62,900 bases of DNA, filler included, from Reclinomonas americana ATCC 50394 (GCA_048213135.1; 18 parts of 18 records of this genome joined end to end with filler, not necessarily neighbours in it); one strand, 5' to 3'. Shown: positions 48,201 through 59,767, numbered from the whole stretch's first letter. Made by a program: numbers and translations. The notes: generated by a model not told the origin, from the sequence alone.

Positions 48201-51200
48201 CTTGTTTTGCAGGATCACATTTTGCTGTTTTGTTATGACTGGCCAGTCTCTCCCGTTAGTAACAATTGTTAATGTCGCTATTCCATCTCAATTTGTGTTT
48301 TCTGGTCACAGCCTTGTCATTGGGTCTCGCTCTCTCTGTCTCTGGTGTTCTATCTCTTCTCGCCTTTCAAATCTTTGTGCTTCGCTCTTTCTTTGTCATT
48401 TTCACTGTCTTGCTCTCTCTGACTCTCTTTGCCCTGTTTTCTGACTGCATCCCTTTCCCTGTTTAGCGTCAAGCGCGAGCACCTGCCTCCGCTCGTCTAC
48501 AGCATGATGACGGATGCACAGCTGCGCAAGGAGATGCGCAAGTGGGACTTGCCGGCCACCGGCACTCGTTCAGTTGCGTTGCTTTGCTGCTCTGCCCTGT
48601 TCACTCCACTGCGCGCTCACTCGCGCAGGTGCTGGAGAGGCGGCATCGCGAGTTTGTCGTGCAGTACAATGCGCAGTGCGACTCGCCCGACCCGCTCTCC
48701 GTGTCGGACATGATTCGCGGACTGCTGGAGGAGGAGCATCGTGTGGAGCGTGCGCGCCGGCATCAAGACAGTTGCGAGCGGTTGTGGAAGAGGAGGAGGA
48801 TGGGAGATCGTTTGCTGACCCTCCTATGCAGATGGCGAGGCCACCAGCAAGGCGGTGTTCAAGCAGCTGGAGGAGGAGGTGCGGCAGAGGAAGCAAGCAA
48901 TGGCGACGACTCCGACGACACCGGTGGTGGCGGTGGCGGAGGCGGAGGCGGAGGCGAGTGAGACTCTGAGGTGAGCGGAGGGAGAGGGGGGTAGGGGAGA
49001 AGAAGTTGTTATCAGTGAGTGTGCTGCATTGAGCGATAGCAGAGTGGCGAGGGGGGAAAGATATTGTCCTCTGCAAGAGTTCTCCTTTCGCTCCGTTAAG
49101 CGATTGCAGTTTTCGACGATTCTCTCGTGGCTGGTCAGAGGGGGAAAGAGATTGTGCTCTGCAAGAGTTCTCCATTCGCGCCGTTGTGCGATGGCAGAGT
49201 TTGTCGACGATTCTCTCGTGGCTGGTCAGAGGAGGTGAAGAGATTGTGCTCTGCAAATGTTCTCCTTTCTTTCCGTTGCGATAGCAAAGTTTATCGACGA
49301 TCCCCTTTTGTCGATACTTCAGTGCTATAGCTTGCTGCTTGCAATTGCCGAACAAGAAGAACTACGTGGTGACTTGCTTCGTCGTGAACAACTGTCAGTC
49401 TCTCCAGTTCCTTCTTCTTTCGATTTCCTCATCTGATTGTGGCTCCGATCTGCCTCTCTGTGTACACCATTCCGCACTTTTGTTGACAGGCAGAGATTGG
49501 AAGTATCGGCGAGTTACCCGTCGAGCGAAATATTGAAGCTGACATAGCTCTTCCTCTGTCTCTCACTTTTTCTCTCCTCGTTCTCTCTTCGATTCCATCG
49601 CTTCCCCACTCCCTCTAGTGCCGTCTGCCTATCCCTTGCTGCTCCCTTTCTGTTTCTCCCGCGCGCTCTCTTTCTCTCTCTCTCTTTCTTCCCTTTTCCT
49701 TCTCTTTCGCGGTACTTCTCCATTCCCCAATTTGTGAGAGAGACAATAACAGAGAGACAATGATAAAGAGTGAGCGAGCGAGGGAGAGACACGAAAGCAG
49801 AATGAGACAGACACGGAGAGAAAGAGAGACAGAAGGAGAGACAGAGATAGATTAAGAGAGCGAAGGAGTGAGCGAGAGAGACATGCATACAAAAAGAGAT
49901 AAATTGAGAAACAGAGAAAGAGACAGTGACCTCTTCCATTCTCCCTCTGGCGCCATCTACTTCTCCCTTGCTGCTCTTTGTCTGTTTCTTTCTCTTTTTC
50001 TACCCCCTCAATTCTCATTTTCACCTTCTCTTCTAACTCCCTTTGTAGTGTTGTTGATTCTCTCTCTCTCTCTTTCTCTCTCTCTCNNNNNNNNNNNNNN
50101 NNNNNNNNNNNNNNNNNNNNNNNNNNNNNNTTAATTAATTAANNNNNNNNNNNNNNNNNNNNNNNNNNNNNNNNNNNNNNNNNNNNGCCGTATGCTGTCT
50201 GCTTCTCCCTTCCCTCCCCCCTCCTCCTTTCCCCTGTTGCCGTCTTCTCTCTCTTATTCATGCGTGTCTCAACATGAGCTGCTCCCCCACCAGTCCTGCC
50301 GTTGCTGACTCGGCACCCCCGGTCGTGGCACCCCCGAGCCCAGCCGGCCCTCTTCCTCTCACCTGTCCACCCAGTCCGCCACCACCGGCAGACGAATCGG
50401 TGAATGATTGCGTCGCCCTTTTCTTCACTTTTGCCAACAACCTCACACGCCTTTCCCTCTACACAGGTCACCTGCGCACCGGCGAGTCCCGCAGCCGTGC
50501 CAGTATGCCCGCCGAGTCCACAATCGCCGAGTCGCAGCGCGCCTGTGGTGTCCGGGGACGATGTGCAGATTAAGGAGGAGGTGAAGGAGGAAGCAGAGGA
50601 GGAGGAGGAGGAAGAGTCGTATGTGGTGTGCTCGCAGCAGCACTTGAGCAAGTTGACGCCGTCGCAGCAGGCGGTGGAGTCGCAGGCTTCCATGTCGACG
50701 CCGTCGGGGAGTGGGGTGCCGGAGGTGAAGTCGGCGTTGCAGATGAAGCAGGGTGAGTGGGGTGGGAGGGAGGGAGGGAGGGAGGGAGGGAGGTAGAAGG
50801 GGGAGGGAGGGAGGGAGGGAGAGAGAGACAAAGAGAGAGGGAGAGAGAAAGAGATGTAGAGAGAGAGAGGGAAAAAGGGGTGCGTCACCAAAGATGATTG
50901 AGCAACTGGTGCTGTACGAAAGAGCGACGACATAGACAGGCGAACAGACAGACGGAGAGGACGTCTGGGAGAGGCAAAGAGAAAGAGAGAAAGGAGAGCT
51001 TTCGTTGTAAGGGTAAGATTGGGGCGAGCTTCTTGTGCCTGTGAGGGACAGAGAGGTGGCATTCATGTTGCCACTTCAGTGACTGCCTCTCTCACTGTGC
51101 TTACTACGCAGAGCGCGAGCGCGCCGTGAAGCGAGCGTTCGCCGCGCTGGCCACTCAGTCGCAGTCGGTGCAATCGACGGCATCGCCGCCGCGGAAACGG

Positions 51201-51422
51201 AGACGCGATGACAATGGTGCGACGGAGGGATTGTCGGCGTTGACGCCGGCGTTGGAGATGATGTCGGTGTGTGGAGGGATGAGAAAGGGACAGGTTGGTG
51301 ATATACGGCGCTCATTTGAGTTTGGGCAGGATATTGTGGTGACGCGATCGAATGGTGCACCGCTGCGGCCGCCGAGGAGGAGTGAGCGGGCGAGATTGCC
51401 GACGTATAGAGAGGAGGAATGA
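44806..51422 (+). CDS. RAD18: E3 ubiquitin ligase RAD18 (RING + SAP), multi-exon, spans three gaps
   Basis: Spliced RING LRCPVCHDFFTTAMQLRGCAHA|FCSLCVRRYF..CPVCRQ|..SDLIPVRQLDSVVSAF (intron 45017-46225 crosses a gap in phase); SAP LPPLVYSMMTDAQLRKEMRKWDLPATGTRS|VLERRHREFVVQYNAQCDS; FKQLEEEVRQR. Start codon and the 50467-51422 tail exons are less certain. Confidence 0.88.
47560..47972. repeat. ~125-145-bp tandem repeat x3 in a RAD18 intron
   Basis: CACTTTCCTC..CATACGCGTGTGTACC..AGAGTTCTG..GCTGTATGAATGGG at ~47570, 47716 and 47848. Confidence 0.85.
49040..49320. repeat. ~90-bp tandem repeat x3 in a RAD18 intron
   Basis: AGATTGTGCTCTGCAAGAGTTCTCC..CGACGATTCTCTCGTGGCTGGTCAGAGG repeated. Confidence 0.8.
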
Positions 51423-51542
51423 AGCGAGGAGAAGGGTGAGAAGTTTTGTGTGTTCTGCGGAGTGGGCTCAACTGAGGCAGAGAGGAGGGAGATGGACAAG
51501 GCATCATGCAAAACGGCAAACTCCGCAGTCCTGGCAGCGTGG

Positions 51543-51727
51543 ACCGAATGTAGTGTGAGCCGCGCAGAGGAAGCCCTTTGCGCGTACATGCAACTGGAGT
51601 CGAGTGGGCGGCACCCGACTGTGACTCTGAGCAAGACTCTGTTGAAGATCGCGGTGGCGAAGCATCAGATTGCGGTGCGACTGGCGGAGCTGGAGAGACA
51701 CGAGGATTGCTTGCTGTTATGTGGTTG
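51543..51727 (+). pseudogene. Internal fragment of gene C (ECSVSRAEEALCAY..CLLLCG) fused to the sequence upstream of A
   Basis: Near-identical to the reverse complement of 5880-6060; begins ~120 bp after the RAD18 stop. Confidence 0.75.
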
Positions 51728-52345
51728 CCGGGAAAGGGGGAAGGGGAGGACGACATCCACGCGCTTTGTAACAGCGACACTGTCTCAACAGCAACACCTA
51801 GAGGCAAGGCGCATCGACGCACGAGGCGATGCACGAGACCACTGCTGCGCAGCAACATATCGAACAAGAGAGATGAAGAAAGGTGTCCTCGAAGTCTGCT
51901 CTTGTCGCATGTGTTTGGCAAAGCGACAAGGGTATTGTGCAGAAGAAGAGGGCGATCTTCTCCATGGTGGTGGTGGTGAGAAGCCCTGAGTGCGTTGCTG
52001 GTGCCCTTCTGCACATCGATATTTGCGATATCTGTCTGCAAATGCAGTTCAGAAGTCCTCTGCCATCTGCAAGCCGTATCTCGGGGGGAGTGCAGTTCTC
52101 CACTTCCTCCCAGCCTTCCCTCCGCCCGTCAGTTGCAAGTGAATGGGCTGTCCGGTTTCATGCTTGTTTCTCTAGATCTCCTCTTGCCCATCAAGCAGAC
52201 GTGCCAACACACCGTCTGTCGCACTCTCCGTACGCAGCACCCATCGATGTGTCACTGTTTGCTTCACCCCTGTCAAGAGGAACGCGTCGTCCTGTGCACA
52301 CACATGCATGTCCTCCGTCCTCATTGTTCCGTGTGTCGTTGAGAG

Positions 52346-52652
52346 ATGGGTTTCGAAGACGGTGGAGGTGAAGGCAGTGGATCAGCTCCTCCTCTTCCCC
52401 CTCTTCCTCCTCCTCCTTCAGAGGATGACAGTCAGGTTGTTCTCGAGCAGCAAGTGATGCAACTCACTGCTGATGAGGAACAATACGTGTTTTGTGTGGT
52501 GCGCGCGGTGCATCGTCGTCCTCCGTCGGAGGTGGAAGGAGAAGAGAAAGATGTGAAGGAACCACCGCGTTTGTGGATGGAGCATGTTGCTGCGGAGTCG
52601 CGTGCATTGGCGGACGAGTATCTGTGTCCAGTGTGCATGGTGAGTGCGAGGA

Positions 52653-52695
<43 letters not shown>

Positions 52696-54893
52696 ATGCA
52701 GCATTGTGAGTCGTCTCTCTCTCTCTCTCTCTCATGTGCGTGCATTGATGATTGCTTTGTTGTCAGGATCTGTGTGCTCCGGATTTCGTGTTGTGTGCCA
52801 GCGAGCTGCATCACTTGTGTCGGTGAGTGAGGAAGAAAGTGAAGGCAGTGCGCTGGCGTGCTCGACTTGCTCATTGTGGCAATGATTGCCAGTGAGCATG
52901 TGACGGAGGCTGGATCGGATTTGTGTGGCGATGGGATCACATCTCACGCCACGTTGAAGGAGGCACCACGACGACTCCAGCTCATGTATGGCAACATGAA
53001 GGTTGCGCGTGGTTATCTATTGATGCAGAGTGCATCGCCAGTGATGCTCACATGAGAGAGCACCACAGATTACATGCCCGCTGTGCCACGCACCCATGGT
53101 TTGTTTGTCATGGAGAGTTGTTTGTCTTGGTTTCTCTCTCCTGACTGTGGATGAGCAGACTGTGGGCGACTATTACCGCACACATGGCCCATCGCAGTGC
53201 CCGTATGCGTGCGAGAGGTGTGGACAGCAGATGACACTCGATCGCACGGTGGAGCATGAGTGGAGTGGATGCTTGCGCGAGTGTCCACTCGGATGTGGAG
53301 CAAGAATGGCGCTGAGTGAGATGGTGGAGCACAGCTGGAGTGGGTGCATGCGAGTGTGTCCGCGTGGATGTCAGCAGCGGTGTTCATTGGCGGAGATGCA
53401 GAGGCATCTTGGTGAGTGTCCTTCGAGAGGAGAGAGCGGTGTATCGTGACACTGATTTGGTGTCTCTCGTGGTAGAAACGGAGTGCCGACTGCAGCACAC
53501 TGTGTGTCGTGGTGGCGAACTGGGGTTTGGATGGCGTGGTACTATTGGTGAGAAGGAGGAGCACGAACGAGTGTGTGATGTGTTGCGAGTAGAGCGACCA
53601 CTGCGAGAGGTTTGTGAGTGAGAGGAAATGTGATGAGAATGGATTCACTTTGTTCTGATTCGAGGCGTGTGTGCTTGTGCAGCTGCACGATCGAGTGCGA
53701 GAGCTTCCCCAGCTGCAAGTGCAAGTGCGTGAGCTATCTCAGCTCGTGGCTCACGAGAGGGAAGCTAGACAAGCTGCTGAAGTGCGATTGACTCGCGAGC
53801 AACAAGCGGCGACTGAGCGACTTGTCGATTGCGTGGGGATGCTCGTCGAGTGCCGCCAGCAACTGGCTGATGAACGACAAGCGAGACAAGCCACAGACGA
53901 GCAACTTGCTTCTGAGCGTCGCATGCGTGAATCTCTCGAGAGAGGTGTCACTGAGGTCTGCTACGTGATTGCCTTTGAATTGTTGAGTGCATCTCTCCTC
54001 TCCCTCACTCTTTCTCCTGTCCATCTGCAGCTGCTCGCCCGTCTCGAGCCGTTGGAGGTGCGCGAACGAGCGATCCAGGAACGGGAGGCGGCTGAACGAG
54101 AGCGACAGGCCAGAGAGCAGGAAGAACGCGAGCGGCAGGCCAGAGAGCAGGAGGAGCGCGAGCGGCAGGCCAGGGAGCGAGAGGAACGCGAGCGGCAGGC
54201 CAGAGAGCGAGAAGAGCGGGAGCGTGAGGCCAGAGAGCGGGAGGAGCGGGAACGAGTGGAGATACAAAAGAGCGATCTTCTGAGTGCGGCAGATGCGCGA
54301 GTGGTGCTGCAATGGGTGCAGCAGGCGCGAGGCGGCGGTGGGAGTGTGCCCAAGCTGACGTTGCTGTTCAAGGGCAGTCGAGATGGATTCAGGGTAACCA
54401 CATTCCATCAGTGGTGTGACAATCGTGGGTGAGTGATTGCGGAAATGAGAAGGAGAGCTCGGTGTGCTTGATAATTGATGGATGAGTGGCTGTACGCAGA
54501 CCGACGCTGACTGTAGCCGAATCGTCGACGGGACGAGTGTGTGGTGGATACACGCCTGTCTCGTGGACGTCTGCGGGCGGCTATGCCGCCGATCCGTCTG
54601 GCACCAGCTTCTTGTTCTCGGCATCGTGGAGTGGTGCAAGTGCGCGACGCTTTGCACTGAAGGAGGATAAGAAACAGCATGCCGTTCAGCACTACTCTGC
54701 GCATGGGCCTACATTCGGAGGATGCGACCTTCACTTGGCTGACAACTGCAACAGCAACAGCGCCAGCTACAGCAACCTTGGCAACCTTGGGAACTCATAC
54801 CAGAGCACCGACGGCGCTGCATGCGACAACACGACTCTGATGGGATCGCGCGCCTTCCAAGTGGCCGACTACGAAGTCTTCCTCGTCGAATAA
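52346..54893 (+). CDS. RING/TRAF-Zn-finger - coiled-coil - TLDc protein, copy A3 (complete)
   Basis: ATG 52346; phase-consistent introns include 52640-52766, 53002-53068 and 54429-54499. Spliced EYLCPVCMDLCAPDFVLCASELHHLCREH..LCGD..APRRLQLMYGNMKITCPLC, TRAF fingers, coiled coil, E/R helix, TLDc; TAA ends at 54893. Confidence 0.87.
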
Positions 54894-55005
54894 AAACAAC
54901 ACACAAGCTACAAAACCATCGAAGCGACGTCCTCACACAACCACCAGTTCAACAACGTCGGTTGTTCTCATGTCCTCAACATCCTCGTCCTCACTCAACC
55001 ACAGA

Positions 55006-55551
55006 ATGGGCTGCCACCACTCCTCCCACCCTCACCTCACCGTCATCGAACCCACTCTCTCCCACACCACCACAACTCGCACAACCAACAGACTCGAACC
55101 ACCCGCACATCCCACTCCACCTCTCCTCGCCCTCCCCCAATCAACCCTACCTACACTCCCCATATCATCGCATTCTCCTGCCATTCCATCGCCATCTCCT
55201 CAACCAGCTGTTCCATCGCATTCTCCTCAGCTGCAGCCAACAATGATCATTCAGTCGCATTCTCCTGCTGTTTCCTCGCCATCTCCAGCTGTTTCCTCGC
55301 CATCTCCTACCACTATTGCTGTTGTGGATCCCAGTCAGGTTCTGGTGCTGGCGACTGCGGCCATGGCCGAATGCAGTGTGACTCGCGCAGAGGAAGCCTT
55401 TTGCGCGTACATGCAACTGGAGTCGAGTGGGCGACACCCGCCAGTGACTCTGAGCAAGACACTGTTGAAGATCGCTGCGCGGTGGCGAAGCATCAGATTG
55501 CGGTGCGACTGGCGGAGCTGGAGAGACACGAGGATTGCTTGCTGTTGTGTG
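55006..55551 (+). pseudogene. Truncated, frameshifted copy of gene C exon 1
   Basis: MGCHHSS start at 55006; 5-nt insertion at ~55474 (AAGATCGCTGCGCGGTGGCG vs AAGATCGCGGTGGCG); homology to C stops at ..CTGTTGTGTGG. Confidence 0.75.
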
Positions 55552-56170
55552 GTTGCCGGGAAAGGGGGACGGGGAGGATGACATCCACGCGCTTTGCAAT
55601 AGCGACACTGTGTCGACTGTCTCTCAACAACAACACCAAGAGGAGGCAAGGTGCATCGACGCAAAAGGCGATGCACGAGACCACTGCCGCGCAGCAACAT
55701 TTCGAACAAGAGAGATGAAGGAAGGTCCTCGACGTCTGCTCTTGTCGCGTGTGTGTGGCAAAGCGACAAGGCTATTGTGCATGAAGAGGGCGACCTTCTC
55801 CATGGTGGTGGTGGTGGGATGCCCTGAGTGCGTTGCTGCTGCCTTCTGCATATCGATATTTGCAATATCTGTCTGCAAATGCAGTTCAGAAGTCCTCTGC
55901 CATCAACTGTGCAAGCCCTTCCCCGGAGATTGCAGTGCTCCACTTCCTCCGAGCCTTCTCTCCACCCGTCAGTTGCAAGTGAAAGGGCTGTCCGGTTTCA
56001 TGCTTGTTTCTCTCCTCCTGCGCATCAAGCATACGTGCCAACAAACAGTCTGTGACACTCTCCTTACGCAGCACCCATCGATGCGTCACTGTTTGCTTCA
56101 CCCCTCTCAAGAGGAACGCGTCCTGCGCGCATGCATGTCCTCCACCCTCATTGTTCCGGTGTCGTTGAGA

Positions 56171-56473
56171 ATGGGATTCGAAGACGGTGGAGGCGAGGGC
56201 AGTGGATCAGCTCCTCCTCATCCTCTTCCTCTTCCTCCTCTTGCTTCAGAGGATGACAGTCAGGTTGTTCTCGAGCAGCAAGTGATGCGACTCAGCGATG
56301 AGGAACAATACGTGTTTTGTGTGGTGCGCGCGGTGCATCGTCGTCCTCCGTCGGAGATGGAAGGAGAAGAGAAGGAGAAGAAGGATGTGAAGGAGCCACC
56401 GCGTTTGTGGATGGAGCACGTTGCTGCAGAGTCGCGTGCGTTGGCGGACGAGTATCTGTGTCCAGTGTGCATG
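56171..56473 (+). CDS. RING/TRAF/TLDc protein, copy A4, exon 1 only (rest lost in the gap)
   Basis: MGFEDGGGEGSG...EYLCPVCM|GTGAGT, homologous to A2/A3 exon 1. Confidence 0.75.
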
Positions 56474-56639
56474 GTGAGTGTGTGAAGGAGAGAGAGAGAG
56501 AGAGAGAGAATGCAGCATTGTGAGTCGTCTCTCTCNNNNNNNNNNNNNNNNNNNNNNNNNNNNNNNNNNNNNNNNNNNNTTAATTAATTAANNNNNNNNN
56601 NNNNNNNNNNNNNNNNNNNNNNNNNNNNNNNNNNNTTCT

Positions 56640-56965
56640 CTCCCCTTCTCCCCCTTCTCCCCCTTCTCCCCCATTCTCTTCCCCCTTCTCTCCCCCCTTC
56701 TCTCCCCCCTGTCTCCCCCCTGTCTCCCCCATCTCTCCCCCAATCACCTCCACTGTCTCCTCCACTGTCTCCTCCACTGTCTCCTCCACTGTCTCCCCCA
56801 CTGTCTCCCCCACTGTCTCCCCCACTGTCTCCCCCACTGTCTCCCCCACTGTCTCTCCCCTTGTCTCTCCCCTTGTCTCTCCCCCTTGTCTCTCCCCTGT
56901 CTCTCCCCTTGTCTCTCCCCCTGTCTCTCCCCCTTGTCTCTCCCCCTTGTCTCTCCCCCTTGTCT
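56640..56965. repeat. 12-bp pyrimidine minisatellite (CTGTCTCCCCCA/CTTGTCTCTCCC)n
   Basis: Visible tandem 12-mers before the acceptor at 57020. Confidence 0.85.
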
Positions 56966-57020
56966 CATCCTCGACCCCCTTGTCTCATCCCCTTCCCCTT
57001 TCTGCCTTCCTCTTGCCCAG

Positions 57021-57440
57021 GCCTTTGGTTACTACCACGAAGCCGGCTCCGAACTCTTCACCCAAACCCGCGTCTTCTTCCACGAACAACTCTTCCGCGA
57101 ACCGGAGTCCGGCACCGGCCGTCGCGTCTTCCTCTCCTTCTCCCGCCCCACCCACACAGTGATGAAGCGACTGGTCGAGAGCTACCGCGCATCATCATCA
57201 TCCTCATCGTCGTCGGCCAGTGACTCGGTCGGCGGCAGTGAGTCCCGCCGCGACCTCTCGCGAGTGACCGTGGTGGCCATTCCACTCGGCGACGAAATCC
57301 AAAAACCGCGCGACCAGAGCCTGGTCGGCGGCTCTGTCGAGGCCTTCCAGGCCGTCTACGCCAAGTACCGCACGCTGTTCAAGTGGGATCAGGCGGCGGT
57401 CGAAGCCAGCGCGATGAAGTTGGTCGGCTGGGCGTCGTAA
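57021..57440 (+). CDS. Terminal exon of a hypothetical protein
   Basis: CAG acceptor at 57020 after a pyrimidine tract; GC3-rich ORF AFGYYHEAGSELF...MKLVGWAS*. Confidence 0.6.
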   Translation, partial: AFGYYHEAGSELFTQTRVFFHEQLFREPESGTGRRVFLSFSRPTHTVMKRLVESYRASSSSSSSSASDSVGGSESRRDLSRVTVVAIPLGDEIQKPRDQSLVGGSVEAFQAVYAKYRTLFKWDQAAVEASAMKLVGWAS

Positions 57441-57749
57441 ATGTTTATCGTAAGCGCGTATGTAGTGAATACACGGATAGTACCTGTTATAGTCAAGACT
57501 CCTGATCCCAGACGGATACACACCTGTTGCTTGTCAAGGGTTTGGTGTCAGCAGAGCCCTGACGGCTGCGCGTGCTCATGCTTGCTCTCAACTGATCAAA
57601 TTCTCGAATGGAGAGCGAAACCTAAGGTTCAACAACCACCTCAGTGTTACGCAACTTCACCCACTTGCAAGGACAAGTCGGAGGGTGCCATACGACCCGG
57701 AAGTTCATCTTCGTCCCATCGGACGACTCTGAATCTCCTCACCACCGCC

Positions 57750-58072
57750 ATGCTGCGCCTTCAAGCCATGCGTCGCCAGTACAAGCTGGCCAAGGCCTTC
57801 CTCGAGCTCATGGAGGACCCCAAACAAGCCCCCGAAGTTGCGCGGGAAAAGAAGAGAATCGGAGATACATGCGGGTGATTGATGGATTGCCCGTGTGTTC
57901 AGATTCTCGCCCGCGTGCAACCTCTCCTCACGGCCTCCACCACCACCACCACCAAGGCCTCTACAGAGGACANNNNNNNNNNNNNNNNNNNNNNNNNNNN
58001 NNNNNNNNNNNNNNNNTTAATTAATTAANNNNNNNNNNNNNNNNNNNNNNNNNNNNNNNNNNNNNNNNNNNN

Positions 58073-58107
<35 letters not shown>

Positions 58108-59024
58108 GGGGAAGGCTGACTTGTGCGTTGTGTGTAGGTATGCCATTCATCTGCCTCCGCGTGAGACGCTGCTGGGAATGCCAAAGGGAAGTGTCGGGCA
58201 TGAATGTTGCGCGAAGATCGGATCTTGCCTCCCTCCTCGTTTCCCTCTGTGTCTGTGAACCTCCTCGTTCTCCCCTTGTCACTCCTCTTCGTCCTCCTCT
58301 TGCTTGTTGTTTTGTGGCCCTTGTTCCGTTCCTTTCTCATTCTTCCCCTTGCTTCCTCACTCTTCTTTCGAATTCCGTCTGCTTTCTCCTTCTCCTCTTC
58401 CTTCCCCTTGTTCCCCCTTTCCCCTCACCACCCCCTTCCCCTTTCCCCATAGACGCCCTCCGCGCTTCCACCACCACCGAAGTCCACATCCAGAGCCGCT
58501 TCGCCGCCGACATCAAAGCCCGCTCGCTCAACGACGCCGGCTACCTCCTCGGCCTCATCGCCTCCACGCGCAACCTGTGGTTCCTCACCCTCGGCTACGA
58601 CCCTTATGACGATTCGAATCTGGTGAGCAACCCGCACCTCGCTTGCCCTTACAGTCTCGTGCATCTTATCGGTGTTTTACAGCTCGACGACATTGCGCTG
58701 GAGGGCTTCACCTTTGTGCAAACGTCGTCGGCCCTCAGCTTTGCCACCATCTCCGCGTTGCTGCTCAACGTGCTGGCCGAGGGGCCGCACATGATGCAGT
58801 CGTCGATCAAGTACCTCACCGAGGGCGTGACGCGCGCCAAGGCCAGCAAGGTTTGCAGGGGGAGAGCGCGTGCATTAAGAGAGTTTCTTGCTTATGCATT
58901 TGTGCAGCCGCTCCTGGAGATCAAGTGGGACGAGTGGCTCGAGCGACCATTGGAGGAGCTGCGGCGAGATCGCCACATTCCGCCCTCGGCGCTGATCGCT
59001 GCGAGAGAAGCGTCGCGGCAGTGA
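57750..59024 (+). CDS. Coq4-family protein (bacterial-like), metal-binding motif degenerate; spans gap 57973-58072
   Basis: MLRLQAMRRQYKLAKAFLELMEDP..; spliced NDAGYLLGLIASTRNLWFLTLGY..LDDIALEGFTFVQT..EGVTRAKASK|PLLEIKWDEWLERPLEELRRDRHIPP. The C-terminus matches the Coq4 tail (KPL...WEE..E.PL.ELR.EL.I). Introns 57837-57902, 58623-58682, 58851-58907. Confidence 0.75.
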
Positions 59025-59724
59025 TGTGGATGGACAGGGAGCCTCGTCGGTTGACGAGAGGATGGTCAGTGTAAATATTGTGAATGCGATGCAACCAGCT
59101 TATCTTGAGTGTCTGGGTTTCAAGAGTGGCGCACTTGGCATGGACAGGAGAGGATATCAATTGCATGTTGTGAATGAGATGCCACCTGTCTGACATGGGG
59201 CAGAGAAATGCAGACTGGACTCTATTTATCTCTCGCCACAGTCGGATACTCTCTCGCACGCACATCCAGGCACAGTCGCAGAGTAATTTCCATCTTTCTC
59301 ACGCCAGTGTGATTCTCCCACTCATTGCACGCGCTTTCTAACTGAGGACATATCAGTTCTATCATCGTCTCTCGCTTGTCACTCTTCTTGTGCTTCTGAG
59401 ACACCTCTCCTTCCGTCCTCTCTCTCTCTCTCTCTGTGCTTATTTTTCCTCCGCAACACTTACCCTTCTGTCCCCTCTCATGTTCACACAAACTCAGAAT
59501 CGATCTCCTCGCCACTCTCTTATTTTTCTCGCTCTCTCATTCCCCAGTGCGCACACACGCTTGCTGTCGCTGCCGACGTGCGTGACATTCTGTCAATCTC
59601 CATCTCTATCTTCACGCTTCTGCGGAACCTTCTCTTTCTGACCACACTCCCTCTTCTCTCCCTCGCCATTTCTGTCTCCAACTACAGTACCTCAGCCTCT
59701 GTTCTCTCTCTCTCTCTCTCTCTC

Positions 59725-59767
59725 TCGTATTACTTCGTATAATGTATCCTACTACGTAGTTATTACG
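59725..59767 (+). other. Degraded 454 Titanium paired-end linker (loxP-derived), library artefact
   Basis: TCGTATTACTTCGTATAATGTATCCTACTACGTAGTTATTACG vs linker TCGTATAACTTCGTATAATGTATGCTATACGAAGTTATTACG; follows (CT)n near a contig end. Confidence 0.9.

Noticed and set aside
57720..57870. PPR-like helix (LNLLTTAMLRLQAMRRQYKLAKAFLELM)
   Set aside because: Single occurrence, better explained as the Coq4-family N-terminus starting at ATG 57750.
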